Of a stretch of DNA of 64,000 nt, positions 1-12,660 are shown one piece after another. Source of the DNA: Antechinus flavipes (lineage: Eukaryota); the NCBI RefSeq assembly GCF_016432865.1, contig NC_067401.1:142166001-142230000 (forward strand), given 5' to 3'. The position numbers and the translations under genes are program-made. Within the stretch, counting starts at the first letter, position 1, and each line of letters opens with the position of its first letter. The notes beneath the pieces are model-generated. The model ran no database searches. It was given only the letters and a program-made list of their open reading frames with translations, and was not told where the DNA came from.

Positions 1-1749
1 TTATTATAACAATATCTTGGTCCTGAAAGGATATCTTGACAATACTTTGAAAACTATACCTCTAAGGTAAGAAATATTGGACAAATATCTCATTTGGTCC
101 CTGGACAACCCTGCAAAGTTGGCATTGTAAATGAAATAATTCAAATGGTTTACCTGTGGGATCTGAATTGAAGCTATTAACCCCTGCCCTTAGCATCTAA
201 CTTTCCTAAAAGTTGCCAATCACTGCTCAGTTGGCATCTGTTGAATGGGCAGTGTGGATTCTGGTCCTACCAGAGGAGGACCTGAGAACAGCCAGTTAAT
301 GAGAAGCAATGTCTTGCAATGGAAATAATAATGGAAATTTTAATTTTGATTTTAATGCCTACTATGTCACATTAAGCAAGTTACTTTGTCTTTGGGGACC
401 CCAATTTCCTCAGTTAGACTAGTTTATCTCTGGGATCTCTTCCAGCTCCCAGGATCATGGATTGGGAGTTCACTGGGTGGAATGGGAGCAAGATGGGGAG
501 GTAAAAAGGACGGATTAACACAAGATGTCGAAGACAGTGATCTCTCTACCCTTAAAGAATTTATAGTTAAACTGGGGAGATAATCCATGTATCTCTGAAA
601 TGAATGAAAAAAGAGCTAGTGTCCAAAAGAGAACAAATCAACATAAAATTAAGTATAGATAGAGGACCCTCGATTTCATTGATGTAGGGATCTCCCAGTT
701 GAAGAGATTCCTTCTATCAATGCAGAAGGACACCTTTCATTCAACTTTCCTTCTTAGTTTTAGAACTGAGAATTTAAGTCCAGGGTCACTCAGCCTGATG
801 TGTCAGAGGAAGGACTTGAACTCAGGTCTTCCTGCTTGGTTCTCTACTACTCCATGCTCCTCTATATGTGGGTATAGAGAAATTTAGGCACAAAAATCAC
901 AGGAGTCCTGGACTTGAAGTCAGAAAAATCTAAGTTCTATTTAATTTCTGTCTTTGTGTCACTAGTGCCTTTTACATGGGTACTTTATAAGTTTTGAGTT
1001 GAATTGAAATGTCTGACATTGAATAGCCATGGAACAGTGAATCATTTAGCCACTTTTCACCCTCAGTTTTCTCACCTGTAAAATGGGAATAATAATAGTA
1101 CTTGTCTCATAGTGTTATTGTGAGGATAAAATGAAATAGTATATATAAAGTACTTAATAAACTTTAGTATGCTATAAAAATGCTAATCATTATTATTATT
1201 ATAGGGTCCTAGAATATAAAAATCTCTCGTATACATTTGGTTAAGTCAGCACTTTTGCTGTGCTATGTTTTCCATAAAAGTGTTTCCCCACTGCCTCACT
1301 TCCTGCTATATCCTGAATCATTCCTTGTGCTGGTTCTCTTTGTTTCCCCTCTTCATCTATACTTATTGAAAAGCAGCCCTTCTGTCAAAATACTAAGAAA
1401 AAAGATCTAGGGAATCAAATAGAATCTTAAGTTACCTAGCATCCTAGCACAGACAGAAAGAGGCAGAAACTCAAAGGACCTTCCTTCTACACCAGTGTGA
1501 TTATCCCATGATGAGAGGCAGAAGTCTTTCGCATGATAGAGCTAGTGGAAAATGCATTGTACCTGAAATAAAACTCTTAAGTTAAACTCCTAAGTCTGAG
1601 ACATATTAGCTGTAGGATCATGAACAATTGACTAACTTTCTCAAATCTCAGATTTCTCAGGTATAAAATGGGAATAATAGTACGTATTTCCCAGAGATGT
1701 TTTAAGAACCCAGTGAAATAACATATATAATGTGCTATATAAACATCAT

Positions 1750-2295
1750 TTTATTTTTCTTATTTTTTATATAATAGTATTTTATTTTTCCTAAAATACA
1801 TAATGAGAAAAATTTTAGCATTCATTTTTATAAGATTTGGGTCCAAAGTTTTCACCCTTTCATTCTCCTTCCCCTCCTGTCTTCTAAGAAGGTAGGCAGT
1901 TTGATTAGTTTATATATGTGCTATACATATAAAAACATATTTCCATATTAATCACTATGGTGAAAGAAGAAACCGATCAAAAGAAAACAATAAGAAAGAA
2001 TAAAGTAAGTAAAAATATCTGCTTTGATCTGCATTCCTTCCAAGTCTATCAATTCTTTATCTAGTTGTGGATAGTATTTCCCCTTGTGAGTGCTTTGTAC
2101 TTGTCTTGGATCATTGTATTGCTGAGAAGAGCCAAGTCATAATTGATTATCACAGAATTATACCATGATACCATGTTTTCCTGGTTTTGTTTATTTCACT
2201 TTGCATCAATTTGTACAAGTTTTCCCAGGTTTTTCTGAAATCTGTCTATTCATTTCTAATTGCACAATAGTATTTCATTACATTTATATATCATA
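1750..2295 (-). mobile_element. Old marsupial L1 3' end
   Basis: Typical antisense L1 3'UTR/ORF2-end sequence (tcttggatcattgtattgctgagaagagccaagtc). Confidence 0.7.
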
Positions 2296-3242
2296 TAATA
2301 AATGCATGATTTATTAGATCAAATATAAGATTAACTCTAGTTATTAAGAATTAGTAGATCTGAGTTCTATGTATAGTCCCAAGAAAACCATTTTCTTCTG
2401 AGCTTCAGTTAGTAATACTTGTATTACCTACCTTACAGGTTGGTGAATGCTATCTGGGGAAAATGTATATTAAATGTTTTATTAACAAGAAAAGTTATGT
2501 AAATGCAGAACCATAGCTGGGAATTTTGGTACTTTGAGCAAGTCTTTTTTAGGTGAAGTGGGAGAATCCTAGTATACTACTCCATATGGGAAATTCCCCT
2601 CCCTCTCCCCCCCAAAAAAAATCAAGGGACACCATAAGATTTAGAAAGCTGATGGACAAGGATTGGGGGAGGAGGCTAGATGAGTAAGAGACTGCAGGAG
2701 AGCTCATCGGGTGTTCAGCCACAGCAGGAAGCTGACATCTGGTAGCTCTTAGTTAAACTAATTCTTCTTGCTAAATAGGTACTAAGCTCAGTTATCTCTA
2801 CATTGCAGAATTGCAAGTGTTGTCAGTATCCTGCCACAAAGCTCTAATATCCCGGCCCTAGTTACATCTGTATATGAATGTGAGTCATTTCCAGAGTTGG
2901 GACAAGACATATATGCTCAGGCAGGGCTTTAAATTGTACTTTCACTCCCATACCATCTTCCAGAAGCTCTGAGCCTTTGCTTTAACACCTACACCTTGCC
3001 TTATCACAAAACAAATGGTCAAACTCTATTGAGAACAGGATTTGCTGATTTTAAATACATGTGTGTATGTGTGTTATTTATTTTAAAAATAAGTGTTTAA
3101 AAATCTGTCATTCTTGCATGTTGAACTTTTCCTGGCAGCCTAAGCTGCCTAACCCAAGTTCAGGGGCTGGCTATTATCAGTGGGTTTAATGCCACTCCAG
3201 GAAAACACCTCAGCAATCTTGCCTTACTAATGGCAAACTAAT

Positions 3243-3280
3243 ACTTTGTGGATTATTTGTTAACATTCAATCCACAAAGT
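3243..3280. promoter_or_regulatory. Perfect 12-bp inverted repeat carrying two FOXH1-type sites
   Basis: ACTTTGTGGATT-ATT-TGTTAACA-TTC-AATCCACAAAGT. TGTGGATT and AATCCACA both match the FOXH1 consensus AATMCACA. Confidence 0.45.
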
Positions 3281-3844
3281 CTTTTTTTTTCTTTTCAAGA
3301 GTAACTTTAAAAAAAAAATAATTTAGCTTGACCATTATAGGAATCCAGCATGATGTTATGAAATCCTTGACTGAGAGGATATCAGTGAAGGAGAAAGGAA
3401 GGAATCTGGGAATCTTCAAGGGAGAACAAGACTCTAATTAGATTAAGTGGTGGGAAGGAAGAGTATTTAAAAATAACTTCATGGTTGCTTACCTCAGGAG
3501 CAGGGGGATGCAGGTAGATGAATGGGAGCCAGAGCTAGGAATTCATGTAGATCCCAGACAAACAAAGAAGTGAAGATATAAGGCCTATTTATCTGTTTTC
3601 ACCTATATACTTTCAATGATATGGGAAGAAGATGTCTCAGAGAAAACCTGAGAAGATAGTAGAAATGTACAAAGTAAAGACATTTCCTCCACCAGTTCAT
3701 TTTACAAATGAGGAAACTGAGGCAAAAATAATTAAGTGACTTTTTCCAAATTACATGACTAGTGTTTGAGACTAGATCTGAGCTCATAAAGATGAGTCTT
3801 CCTGACTTCCAGACCTGAAACTCTATCTTTTGTGCATCATCAAC

Positions 3845-4440
3845 TGCTTAATGTACACTTCTAGCTGACATCTCAACTTCAACATGTCCAAAACTTAATT
3901 CTTCTTTCTTCCCTCTTCTGAGCTTTCTTGTTCTTCTCAAGGGTACCAGTTCCTTCCAACCACCCAAGTTCTTATCTTAGAGTCATCCTTAACTATCCAC
4001 TCTCCTTCGTTCTATCTATTCAATCAGTTGCCAATTCTTATAATTTCTTCCTTTATAATATCTCTTCCATTAGTCCTCTTCTCTCTACTCATATAGACAC
4101 CATCTTGTTCAGGCCTTCTTCATCTCTAGCCCAGACTACTGCAATAGCCTTCTAACTGATTTCCCTTCTATGTTTCTCCCTTCTCCAAAATGTCTTCCAT
4201 TCAAATTCAGGTTTGATCATGTCATTCTCCTATTTCATATATTCCAATGGTTCCCTCCCATCACTAGAATAAAATAGAAATTCCTCTTTTGGGTGTTCAA
4301 TACTCTTTGCCCATCCCCAATTTTTCTTTCCAGCCTTATTACATAATTTATTCTTGTTCATGCATTCTCCATTGCTGTCCAACTAACCTTCTACATGAAG
4401 TCTTTTCCGGTTCTCCCTTCAAATAACCTTTTATCTACTT

Positions 4441-4497
<57 letters not shown>

Positions 4498-4590
4498 GTG
4501 TATTTGGTTTTGAATAGAATGGAAGATCCTTGAGGGCAAGGACTATTTTACTTTTGTCTTTGTGTCCCCAATACCAACACAGTTCTTAGC
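3845..4590 (+). mobile_element. L2 3' fragment
   Basis: acatctcaacttcaacatgtccaaaact...gatccttgagggcaaggacta...ccccaataccaacacag; contains a (GT)n. Confidence 0.65.
4445..4500. repeat. (GT)n microsatellite
   Basis: Directly visible. Confidence 0.95.
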
Positions 4591-4690
4591 CTGTTATTGT
4601 TCAAATCATTTCAGAGATTTTCTTGGCTGAGATACTGGAAGGATTTGCCATTTCCTTCTCCAGATCATTGCCCAGGGTTGCTAAATTTCT

Positions 4691-5151
4691 TCTTTTTTTT
4701 TTTTTTAAATTTAAATTTATTTAATAATAACTTTGTATTGACAGAATCCATGCCAGGATAATTTTTACACAGCATTATCCCTTGCAATCACTTATGTTTC
4801 GTTTTTTCCCCTCCCTCCCTCCTCCCCCCCCCCAAGATGGCAAGCAGTCCTATATATGTTAAATATGTTGCAGTATATCCTAGATACAATATATGTTTGC
4901 ATAACCGAACAGTTCTCCCGCTGCACAGGGAGAATTGGATTCAGAAGGTAAAAATAACTCGGGAAGAAAATCAAAAATGCAAATAGTTCACATTCATTTC
5001 CCAGTATTCCTTCTTTGGGTGTAGCTGTTTCTGTCCATCATTTATCCAATGAAACTTAGTTAAGTCTCTTTGTCAGAGAAATCCACTTCCATCAGAATAC
5101 ATCCTCATACAATATCATTGTCGAAGTGTATAATGATCTCCTGGTTCTGCT
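4691..5151 (-). mobile_element. Young 5'-truncated L1 3' end with 15-bp TSD, inserted in a MAR1-type SINE
   Basis: Poly(T) head on +, L1 3'UTR with G-rich tract and the end of ORF2. TSD GGTTGCTAAATTTCT at 4676-4690 and 5152-5166. The nick context TT|AGAAA fits the L1 endonuclease. Confidence 0.92.
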
Positions 5152-7327
5152 GGTTGCTAAATTTCTAACAGATTTGAACTCATGAAGTTAACTCTTCCTT
5201 ACTCCAGGTTTGGCACTCAATCCACTATGCTGCCAAGCTATCCTCCCCTAGTTTGTTTAATTGTTCAAATTCAACCTCAGACACTTACCAGCTGTGAGAC
5301 CCTGGGTAATTCACTTAATCTTGTTTGCTTCAGTTTCCTCATCTATAAAAATGAACTGGAGAAAGAAATGGCACAGAAAGTTTAAATGACCTACCCATGG
5401 TTACACAGGGAACAAGTGGCAGAGACTGACTCCAAAGCCTGTGTCTCTATCTCTCTCCTTCCTTTTCTTCAACTGTACAGTGAGGATGTTGGACTCAGTA
5501 ACCTCTAAGTTCTCCTGTTCTAATTTTGGGCTCCTAAATATAGAATCTTGCACATGATAGGTGCTTCATGGGATCATTCATTCATAGCTAGAAAGGACCC
5601 CAGTGATTATCGAGTCCAATTCCCTTATTTTATAGATGAGAAAAGAGAGCCTCAGAATGTCTACTTCCGCAGGCAGTGAGCTGAGACCCAGAGAGGTTAT
5701 ATGACAGAAAGACAATGAGTAGCAAAGCCTGGGTTTGAATGTAGGTCCTCTGATTTGAAATTCCTCCTTCCCTCTGCTTACAAACATCTTCTTAATTGCC
5801 CACAAAGAAGGAGCAAATACCAGCTATTACATATTTCATGGTCATACTTATGCTTTCCAGGCTCACAGGATGATAGAAGCAAAAGGAACTCTAGAGATCA
5901 TTTAGTCCCATCCATTCATTTTCCAGATATGAACACTGAGGTCTGGAGATGAGAAGTGACCTTCCTCGGGCCATACAGTAAGCCAGAGGAAAGCATGCCT
6001 TTCCTGTAACCAATAATCCTTTATTTAAATTAAGGTCTCCTTATCCTGCTACCTTTCCCTTTTAAAGAGTGAAAGAGTCATAGAAACAGGACATCTGGCT
6101 TCTTAGTAGACACGAGGGAGACCCATCTTCTTGCTACTAATTAGCTGTATGGTCTCAGGCAAGATTTTAATGTTTCTGGGCCTTCATTAAATGGAAAGAA
6201 TGGCCCTTTTCTTTAAGTTGTACATAGATAGGGTTAAACTGAGAGAAGAGTTGGGGAAGAAAGTCAGAGAATACCTGCTGGGCCATCCCAAGTTAAACAG
6301 ATTGCATGCCTTTCATTCCTGGTAGGGCCAGACCTTCTCACGGTGTAGTTATGTGATGACAGTTGTCATGAAGGTGCAGAGGGTCTTACTTACATTGACA
6401 AATGATTACCCTTCACAACAGAATTATAAACGGGACCTTAATGACAGGATTTGCTAACAGACCTTCCCTCTTGCCCTATTAGGGCAGAACCTTATTCCAA
6501 GGATATTACCTATAAATATGAAGATGGCAAAAGGGATGGAATAAATTGGAACAAAATAGAGTGGGCTTATCAAGATGCTGATTCAAACAGGAGGAAGAAG
6601 ATAGCTAGTCCAAATCAGGACATAATCTAGGGTTTCCTAACCCTAGAAGAGAAGAGGCTTGGAGAGCAGTAGAAACTTGAGCTGAACAATAAACCTAATA
6701 TCCTCCTTCTATCCTCTCTTTTCTTTCCTATCCCCCCTTTTTTCTCCTGCATTTATTCTCCTAATCTCCTTATCTTATTCCTTTCCCTATCTTCTTTCTA
6801 CTTTCTCTCTTCCCTCTTTTCTTTCATCCTTCCAACGTCTTCTTCCCTATCTCTTCTTTTTACTCTCCAAACTCCTCCTTTCTTCTGTCTATTTCTTCTT
6901 TCTTTCTTTAGTCATCCCTAAATGCTAGCTTTGCCATTTACCAATAGTAGGTGTTTAAGGAAACCTCTTAAATCTAGGTTTCCTTATCTGAAAAATGGGG
7001 ATAACAATACTTGCTCCATCTTTCTCAATGAATTGTTGGGATAATCTTATGAGATAATGAATATGAAAGGGCTTTGTAAATTGTAAGGTAATATATTAAG
7101 AAGTACTGTAGTTTCTCCACCGTTCCTTCTGTACTGCCTTTTCTCCTTCTTCATCTTTCCTTCTCACCATGCTACATCCTTGCCGTTCTCCTTTTTTTCT
7201 TTCCTTCCTTCTTCCCTCCCACTCTTCTCTTCTTGCTCCTATTTGATTTAAGGGGACAATCCCTCTCTTTACTTTTTACTATTACTCCAATCTCCTTTCT
7301 TATGAAATGAAACACACATGCTATACA

Positions 7328-7332
<5 letters not shown>

Positions 7333-7370
<38 letters not shown>

Positions 7371-7372
7371 AC
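7333..7372. repeat. (CA)n microsatellite
   Basis: Directly visible. Confidence 0.95.
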
Positions 7373-7639
7373 CCCAAAAACAGGTTTAAACATTTTACAG
7401 GTTTCAACATTTTTCAGGCAGTCATGTCACATCTTATCAGATCAACCCTAAGCCCCAGGCCAGAGCTCAGGAGCAGCTTTTGAGAATTGAAGCTGTAACA
7501 TTCCAGCAAAACCCCTGCCCCCGCCCCTGTCCTCTCCCCTTCCCCCTACCTGCTCCTGCCGGGTCCTCTCTCCCCTTATTCTACATCTCTCTTTTTCTTT
7601 TCTTTTCCTTCAAATCACCCACTAAAAAATCTTCAAAGT

Positions 7640-7800
7640 CAGTAGTGTCAAACTTAGATAGAGACAAGGATACTAAACAGAGGCATATTGACTTAGAAAG
7701 TCATATATTGACATTCTATGTTTTATTAGGTTTTTTATTTATTTGTTAAATATTTACTAAGTACATTTTAATCTGTTTTAAATAGAATTTGACACTGTCG
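7640..7800. mobile_element. hAT (Charlie-type) MITE
   Basis: Left TIR CAGTAGTGTCAAAC (7640-7653) and degenerate right TIR ATTTGACACTGTCG. Confidence 0.55.
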
Positions 7801-8105
7801 CCTGCTCCATGCATGACACCTTTGTTCTAAGTGATGGAGATTTTTCAACTGCTTCCTCTGCCATTCTTTTGGTCTCTCTTACATCTCAGAGTCAAAGACC
7901 GAGATTGAATCTCAGTTCTGCATTAAGTAGTTCCTTGGCCTTGTATATTTTTCATTTTTCTGGGCCTCAGTTTCCTTATCTGTAAAATGAAGATAATACT
8001 ACTACCTAATTTGCTGAATGATTGTGAGAAAAGTTCTTAATAAAATATTGTAGAAATGTGGCAGCATGATAAATCAGATAGGAAGCTGTCCTTGAAGTCA
8101 GGAAG

Positions 8106-8350
8106 TTGTTCTTGTTCAGTCGTGTCCAACCTTTTGTGACTCTATTTGGGTACTTCCTAGAGATACTGGAGTGATTTGCCATTTCTTTTTTCAGTTCATT
8201 TTACAGATGAGTAAACTGAGGCAAGCCAGGTTAATTGGTTCTCCTAGGGTGACATAGCTAGTAAGTGTCTGAGGCCAGATTTGAACTCAGGAAGTCTCAT
8301 TTTCCTGGCTCCATGCTTGACACTCTATCTACTGCTCCACCTACTGCCCC
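8106..8350 (-). mobile_element. MAR1-type CORE SINE
   Basis: ttgttcagtcgtgtcc...atactggagtgatttgccatttc...acagatgagtaaactgaggca...tttgaactcagg. Confidence 0.8.
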
Positions 8351-8393
8351 AAAGCCAGAAGTCTGGAAGAGTAATTTATTTTAGTGTTTTTGG

Positions 8394-8888
8394 CTAGAAG
8401 TTCAAACACCCCAGGTGCAAGTGGTCCACAATATTCTTCATTATGAGTTGAATCAGATTAAAATACAATAGGAAATTTAAAAAAATTAAATAGTATTTTA
8501 TTTCCCCAAATATATGTAAAGATATTTTTCAACATTCATTTTTTAAGACTCTATGCTCCAAATTTTTTCCCCTTGATCCCATACCCCACCACCCCCAAGA
8601 CAACAAGCAATCTGATATAGGTTAAATAAATTATTTTAAACTTATTTTCATATTTGTCATGTTGTGCAAAAAAAAAAATCAGAACAAAAGGGAAAAAAAC
8701 GACAAGAATGAAAAAAATTAAGAAAAAGTGAAAATACTATGTTTCAATAATTAGGAAACACTTAATAAAATAAATAAAAATATAACAGAACACAATGTTA
8801 ATATATGCTTGTCTAAATCAGTATGTATCCCCAAGGATCCTTATATATAGTTTAATGGTCTCATTTCTATTTGAGTTTGACACCACTG
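8394..8888. mobile_element. hAT MITE of the same family, interrupted by an L1 3' fragment (about 8480-8755)
   Basis: Right TIR GTTTGACACCACTG followed by ctctag. Left TIR is degenerate. Confidence 0.55.
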
Positions 8889-9724
8889 CTCTAGGCAACT
8901 CTCTAAGAATCTAAGAGAGAAGGTGTCAAACTATGTTGACACAGGGCATTTCCTCACATAGGAGTTCCCTATACCAATGAAATCACAAGTCTAGTCCTTA
9001 CCCCAATTCTTATAGGAATGTGAAGTAGGAGTAGTAATAGAGATAGTAGCAACAGTGGTAAGGTATACATATACTGAGAGGAACCAGGCTACTACTACTT
9101 TACAACAGGGAGAGGTTCATAATTGTTGATCATTGTATTTTGTTTTCACACATTTTTCATGCATTGTTGGTTTTGATGAAGTTTTTTCCTTTCTTTTTTT
9201 CTTAAAAAAAAATTCTGGTCATATGGAATGGCCCTTTAGAAGGAAGAGAAAAGGGCTTTTGGAAGACTTTTTTTTTCCCTTGGCAAAGGCATTAGAATGG
9301 TTTGCTATTTCCCTTATGGTAAGGAAACTGAAGCAATCAGGATTAGTGACTTGCCCAGGGTCACACTACTATTAAGTATCTGAGATAAGATTTGAACTCA
9401 AAGCAGATGAGTCTTCCTTACTCCAAGACTAGTACTCTGTCTGCCCAGACAAGCAACAAATATAATTTGGGAAATAGTCAAATTTGGGAAATGGTATTCA
9501 ATTTTGTTGGAATATAGGGACTGTCAAAGAAATATGTAATAAGAGAGAAGGTGAAAGTAAAAGATTTCTATAAAAATATATTTTTTAAAAAAGAACAAAT
9601 ACATAGCTAGGTATTGCAATGGATAGAGTCCTGGACTTGGAATCTGTAAGATTTGAATTTAAATCCAGCCTCATATGTGTATGCACCCCCCCCCACATGC
9701 ACACACATACAAAGTATGTATGTG

Positions 9725-9762
9725 AATATATATATAAATATATATAAAACACACACACACAC

Positions 9763-9805
<43 letters not shown>
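9725..9805. repeat. Compound (TA)n/(CA)n microsatellite
   Basis: Directly visible. Confidence 0.95.
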
Positions 9806-9810
<5 letters not shown>

Positions 9811-10281
9811 TCAATTAATAACTGGAAGTAGGATACAACCAACAGAGGAAGGAAATAATTGTAATAATAATAATGACTAGCATTTATATGTCACTTAAGA
9901 TTTGCAAAGAACTTTATACTTTCCTTTTGACAACCCTCTCAAGTAGGTATTATTGTGCCTGTTTTACAGATGAGGAAACTGAGATTAAGAGAAGTTTAAT
10001 GATTTACTCAGGGTTGCACAATCACTAAGTGTCTGAGGCTGGATTTGAATTCAGGTTTCCCTGACTCTGGGAAAGTCCACTGCTCCCTCTAGTTGCCTAG
10101 TTAGTAGTGCTTTCTATGACTAGGTCATATTTCCTTTGTTGATGGGAACTCAGCTTACTATCCAACTATTGTTCTGGGTACTTGCTAGTTATATTCCTGC
10201 TTCAACCAATTCTTGTCTTCTCATTCTGTATGAGAATATACATATTTTTCTGTCCATGTCCTCCCAACACATTAGGATCCT

Positions 10282-10465
10282 NNNNNNNNNNNNNNNNNNN
10301 NNNNNNNNNNNNNNNNNNNNNNNNNNNNNNNNNNNNNNNNNNNNNNNNNNNNNNNNNNNNNNNNNNNNNNNNNNNNNNNNNNNNNNNNNNNNNNNNNNNN
10401 NNNNNNNNNNNNNNNNNNNNNNNNNNNNNNNNNNNNNNNNNNNNNNNNNNNNNNNNNNNNNNNNN
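10282..10465. other. Assembly gap (N run); other gaps at 44457-44639, 44903-45326, 47399-47560, 49735-49865 and 57606-57859
   Basis: Directly visible N runs. Confidence 0.99.
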
Positions 10466-10585
10466 GATGCAAACAGCACTTCTATCATTCCCTAATCCTT
10501 CACATGATTGGCCTACCTTCATTTCTGATTATTTTCTAAGATAATATTTTTGTAATTTTTTAAACGCGCAAATCTGTGGGTGACA

Positions 10586-10667
10586 CAGGGTGTCCTAAAA
10601 GTTTTAAGCTATTAAAGTGTTAAGGTATTAAAGTTTTAAAGTGCACTAAAACTTTTGGGACACCTTA
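10586..10667. mobile_element. Tc1/mariner-type palindromic MITE (about 80 bp)
   Basis: TIRs CAGGGTGTCCTAAAAGT / ACTTTTGGGACACCTTA (14 of 17 complementary). TA flanks the right side and CA (mutated TA) the left. Confidence 0.65.
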
Positions 10668-11334
10668 TATTATAAAAGTACCATTGTCCTGTGTCTTGAC
10701 TGAGCATTGGCTCAAATGGTACATAACTAAAGTGGAACAATAAAGCCTGGAACAAACATCACAATCTGGAAGAGGAGGAAAATTTCCCCTTCTTATTGAG
10801 AAATAATTACCTGATTCTCCAATCTTATGCTGTACCGAGGGTATCTAAGATCAGTATAAGAAACTAAATAAGAAAATTTCTAGAGTTTTGCAAAAGCTGC
10901 AGATGACACGTGAAGGCCAGAAGGCAACACAGAAAAAGTATTTTTACCTGACACTTACCTTCTTGTAGCCTATGACCAAATACTGACCCAAATTTCACAG
11001 TAAACATTCCATAAAATAAAATGAAAAATTCAGACTTCTGTGGTATGAAAGGAGGGCAAAAAAATTTACAAGGATTTTTCAGATCACCCTCCCTCAACCC
11101 TTGTGACATGACAGGGATAACTGTAATTCAATTCAGTAAATATACGCATATTGGTAGAATATGGTACTTGAAAACATAGACATGAACCAAACTTTACCAC
11201 ATAATGTATGGGGTTGCCTGGACTGTTACTTAACTTTATTTTCCTCAAATATAAATGTGGGGGTTGGGTTAATTGCCCTCCATGACACCCTATCCGCTCT
11301 AAACCCATGGCCCTATTATGTACAAAGCCCTGAG

Positions 11335-12660
11335 AATAAAAAAGACATTTAAATGCAAATAGGCCCTCCACTTAAGAAGCTTACATTTTTATCAGGGGAT
11401 ATAACAAGTAAAAAATATTAGGCAAGGGAGAAAGCATTATTTGAGGAATCAGAGAAGGCTTCACCGAGGAGGTGGCCATGGTGCTAACTAAGCCTCAAGG
11501 AAAGTCAGGAATCCTGCAAAGGTGGAGATGGAATGTATTCCAGTGTATGTCTGTGTGCATGTGTAAGACTAGGGGAGGAAAAAAGTGTGGTTCAGGAGAA
11601 TACAAGAAATACAATGAGAAGCAAGAGATACATAAAAGATACATATGAGAAGTGTGTGCAACTCTCCAACTCTCCATCATCCCTTTTTTTTTTTTTTTTT
11701 TGGAAAAAGCATTAGAGTGGTTTGCTGTTTCCCTTATGGTAAGGAAACTGAAGCAATCAGGGTTAAGTGACTTGCCCAGGATCACACAACTAGTAAGTAT
11801 CTAAGGCGAGATTTGAACTCAAGCAGATGAGTCTTCCTGACTCCAAGACTAGCACTCTGTCTGCCCAGAGAAGCAACAGATATAGTTTGGAAAATGCAGT
11901 CAAGTTTGGGAGATGGTGTGCAATTTTCTTGGAACATAGGGATTGTCAAAGAAATACTTAATAAAAGAGAAGGTTGAAAAAGGGAGATGCTATGGGGTTT
12001 AAATGCCACGCTAATGAGTGTATGTTTTATCCTGAAGACAATAGAGAGCCATCAAAGTTTTTTGAGTAAGGAGAATGACATGATCAGAGTCATGGTTTCC
12101 TTAACAAAATTATTTTGGCAGCCATGAAAAAGATGGATTGATTGGATTATAAGAAAGGGCATAAGCTAGATAGCTACTGCAACGGTCCAGGTGAGAGGGG
12201 CTGATGAAAACAACTGTAGAGAAAAAGGAATGGATAGAGTTCCAGGTCTGGAAATCAGGATGATTCATTTTTGATAAGTTCAAATCTATTTTCAATACAG
12301 CAAATCATTTTACTCTGCCTCAGTTTCCTCATCTGTAAAATTAGTTGGAAAAGGGAAATGGCAAACGACTCCAGCATCTCTGCCAAGAAAACTCCAAAGG
12401 GGATCATTAAAAGTTGGACATGACTGAAACAATTGAATAACAACTAAGTGAAAGATCGCCATAAGACTTTGTAACTCTTTGGGTGTGAGAAGCATGGAGA
12501 AAGGGAAAAAAAAATCAAGGATGGCTTTGAAGTTGTAAATATGAAGTATTGGAAAATGATGCTCTCAATAGAAGCAGGAAAGTTTGGAAAAGGTGGATTT
12601 AAGGGATAAGATGAGTTCTGTTTTGGCTATGCTGAGTTTGAGTTGCTGATGGGAATAATA
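11335..12660 (-). mobile_element. L2 fragments interrupted by SINEs
   Basis: Antisense L2 motifs (aaggagcttacatt-like; gagttctgttttggctatgctgagtttgag). Confidence 0.6.
12226..12447 (+). mobile_element. MAR1-type CORE SINE
   Basis: cctcagtttcctcatctgtaaaa...ggaaatggcaaacgactccagcatc...catgactgaaacaattgaataacaa. Confidence 0.8.

Noticed and set aside
10136-10544. X-containing ORFs here and at the other five gaps
   Set aside because: They exist only because N runs contain no stop codons.
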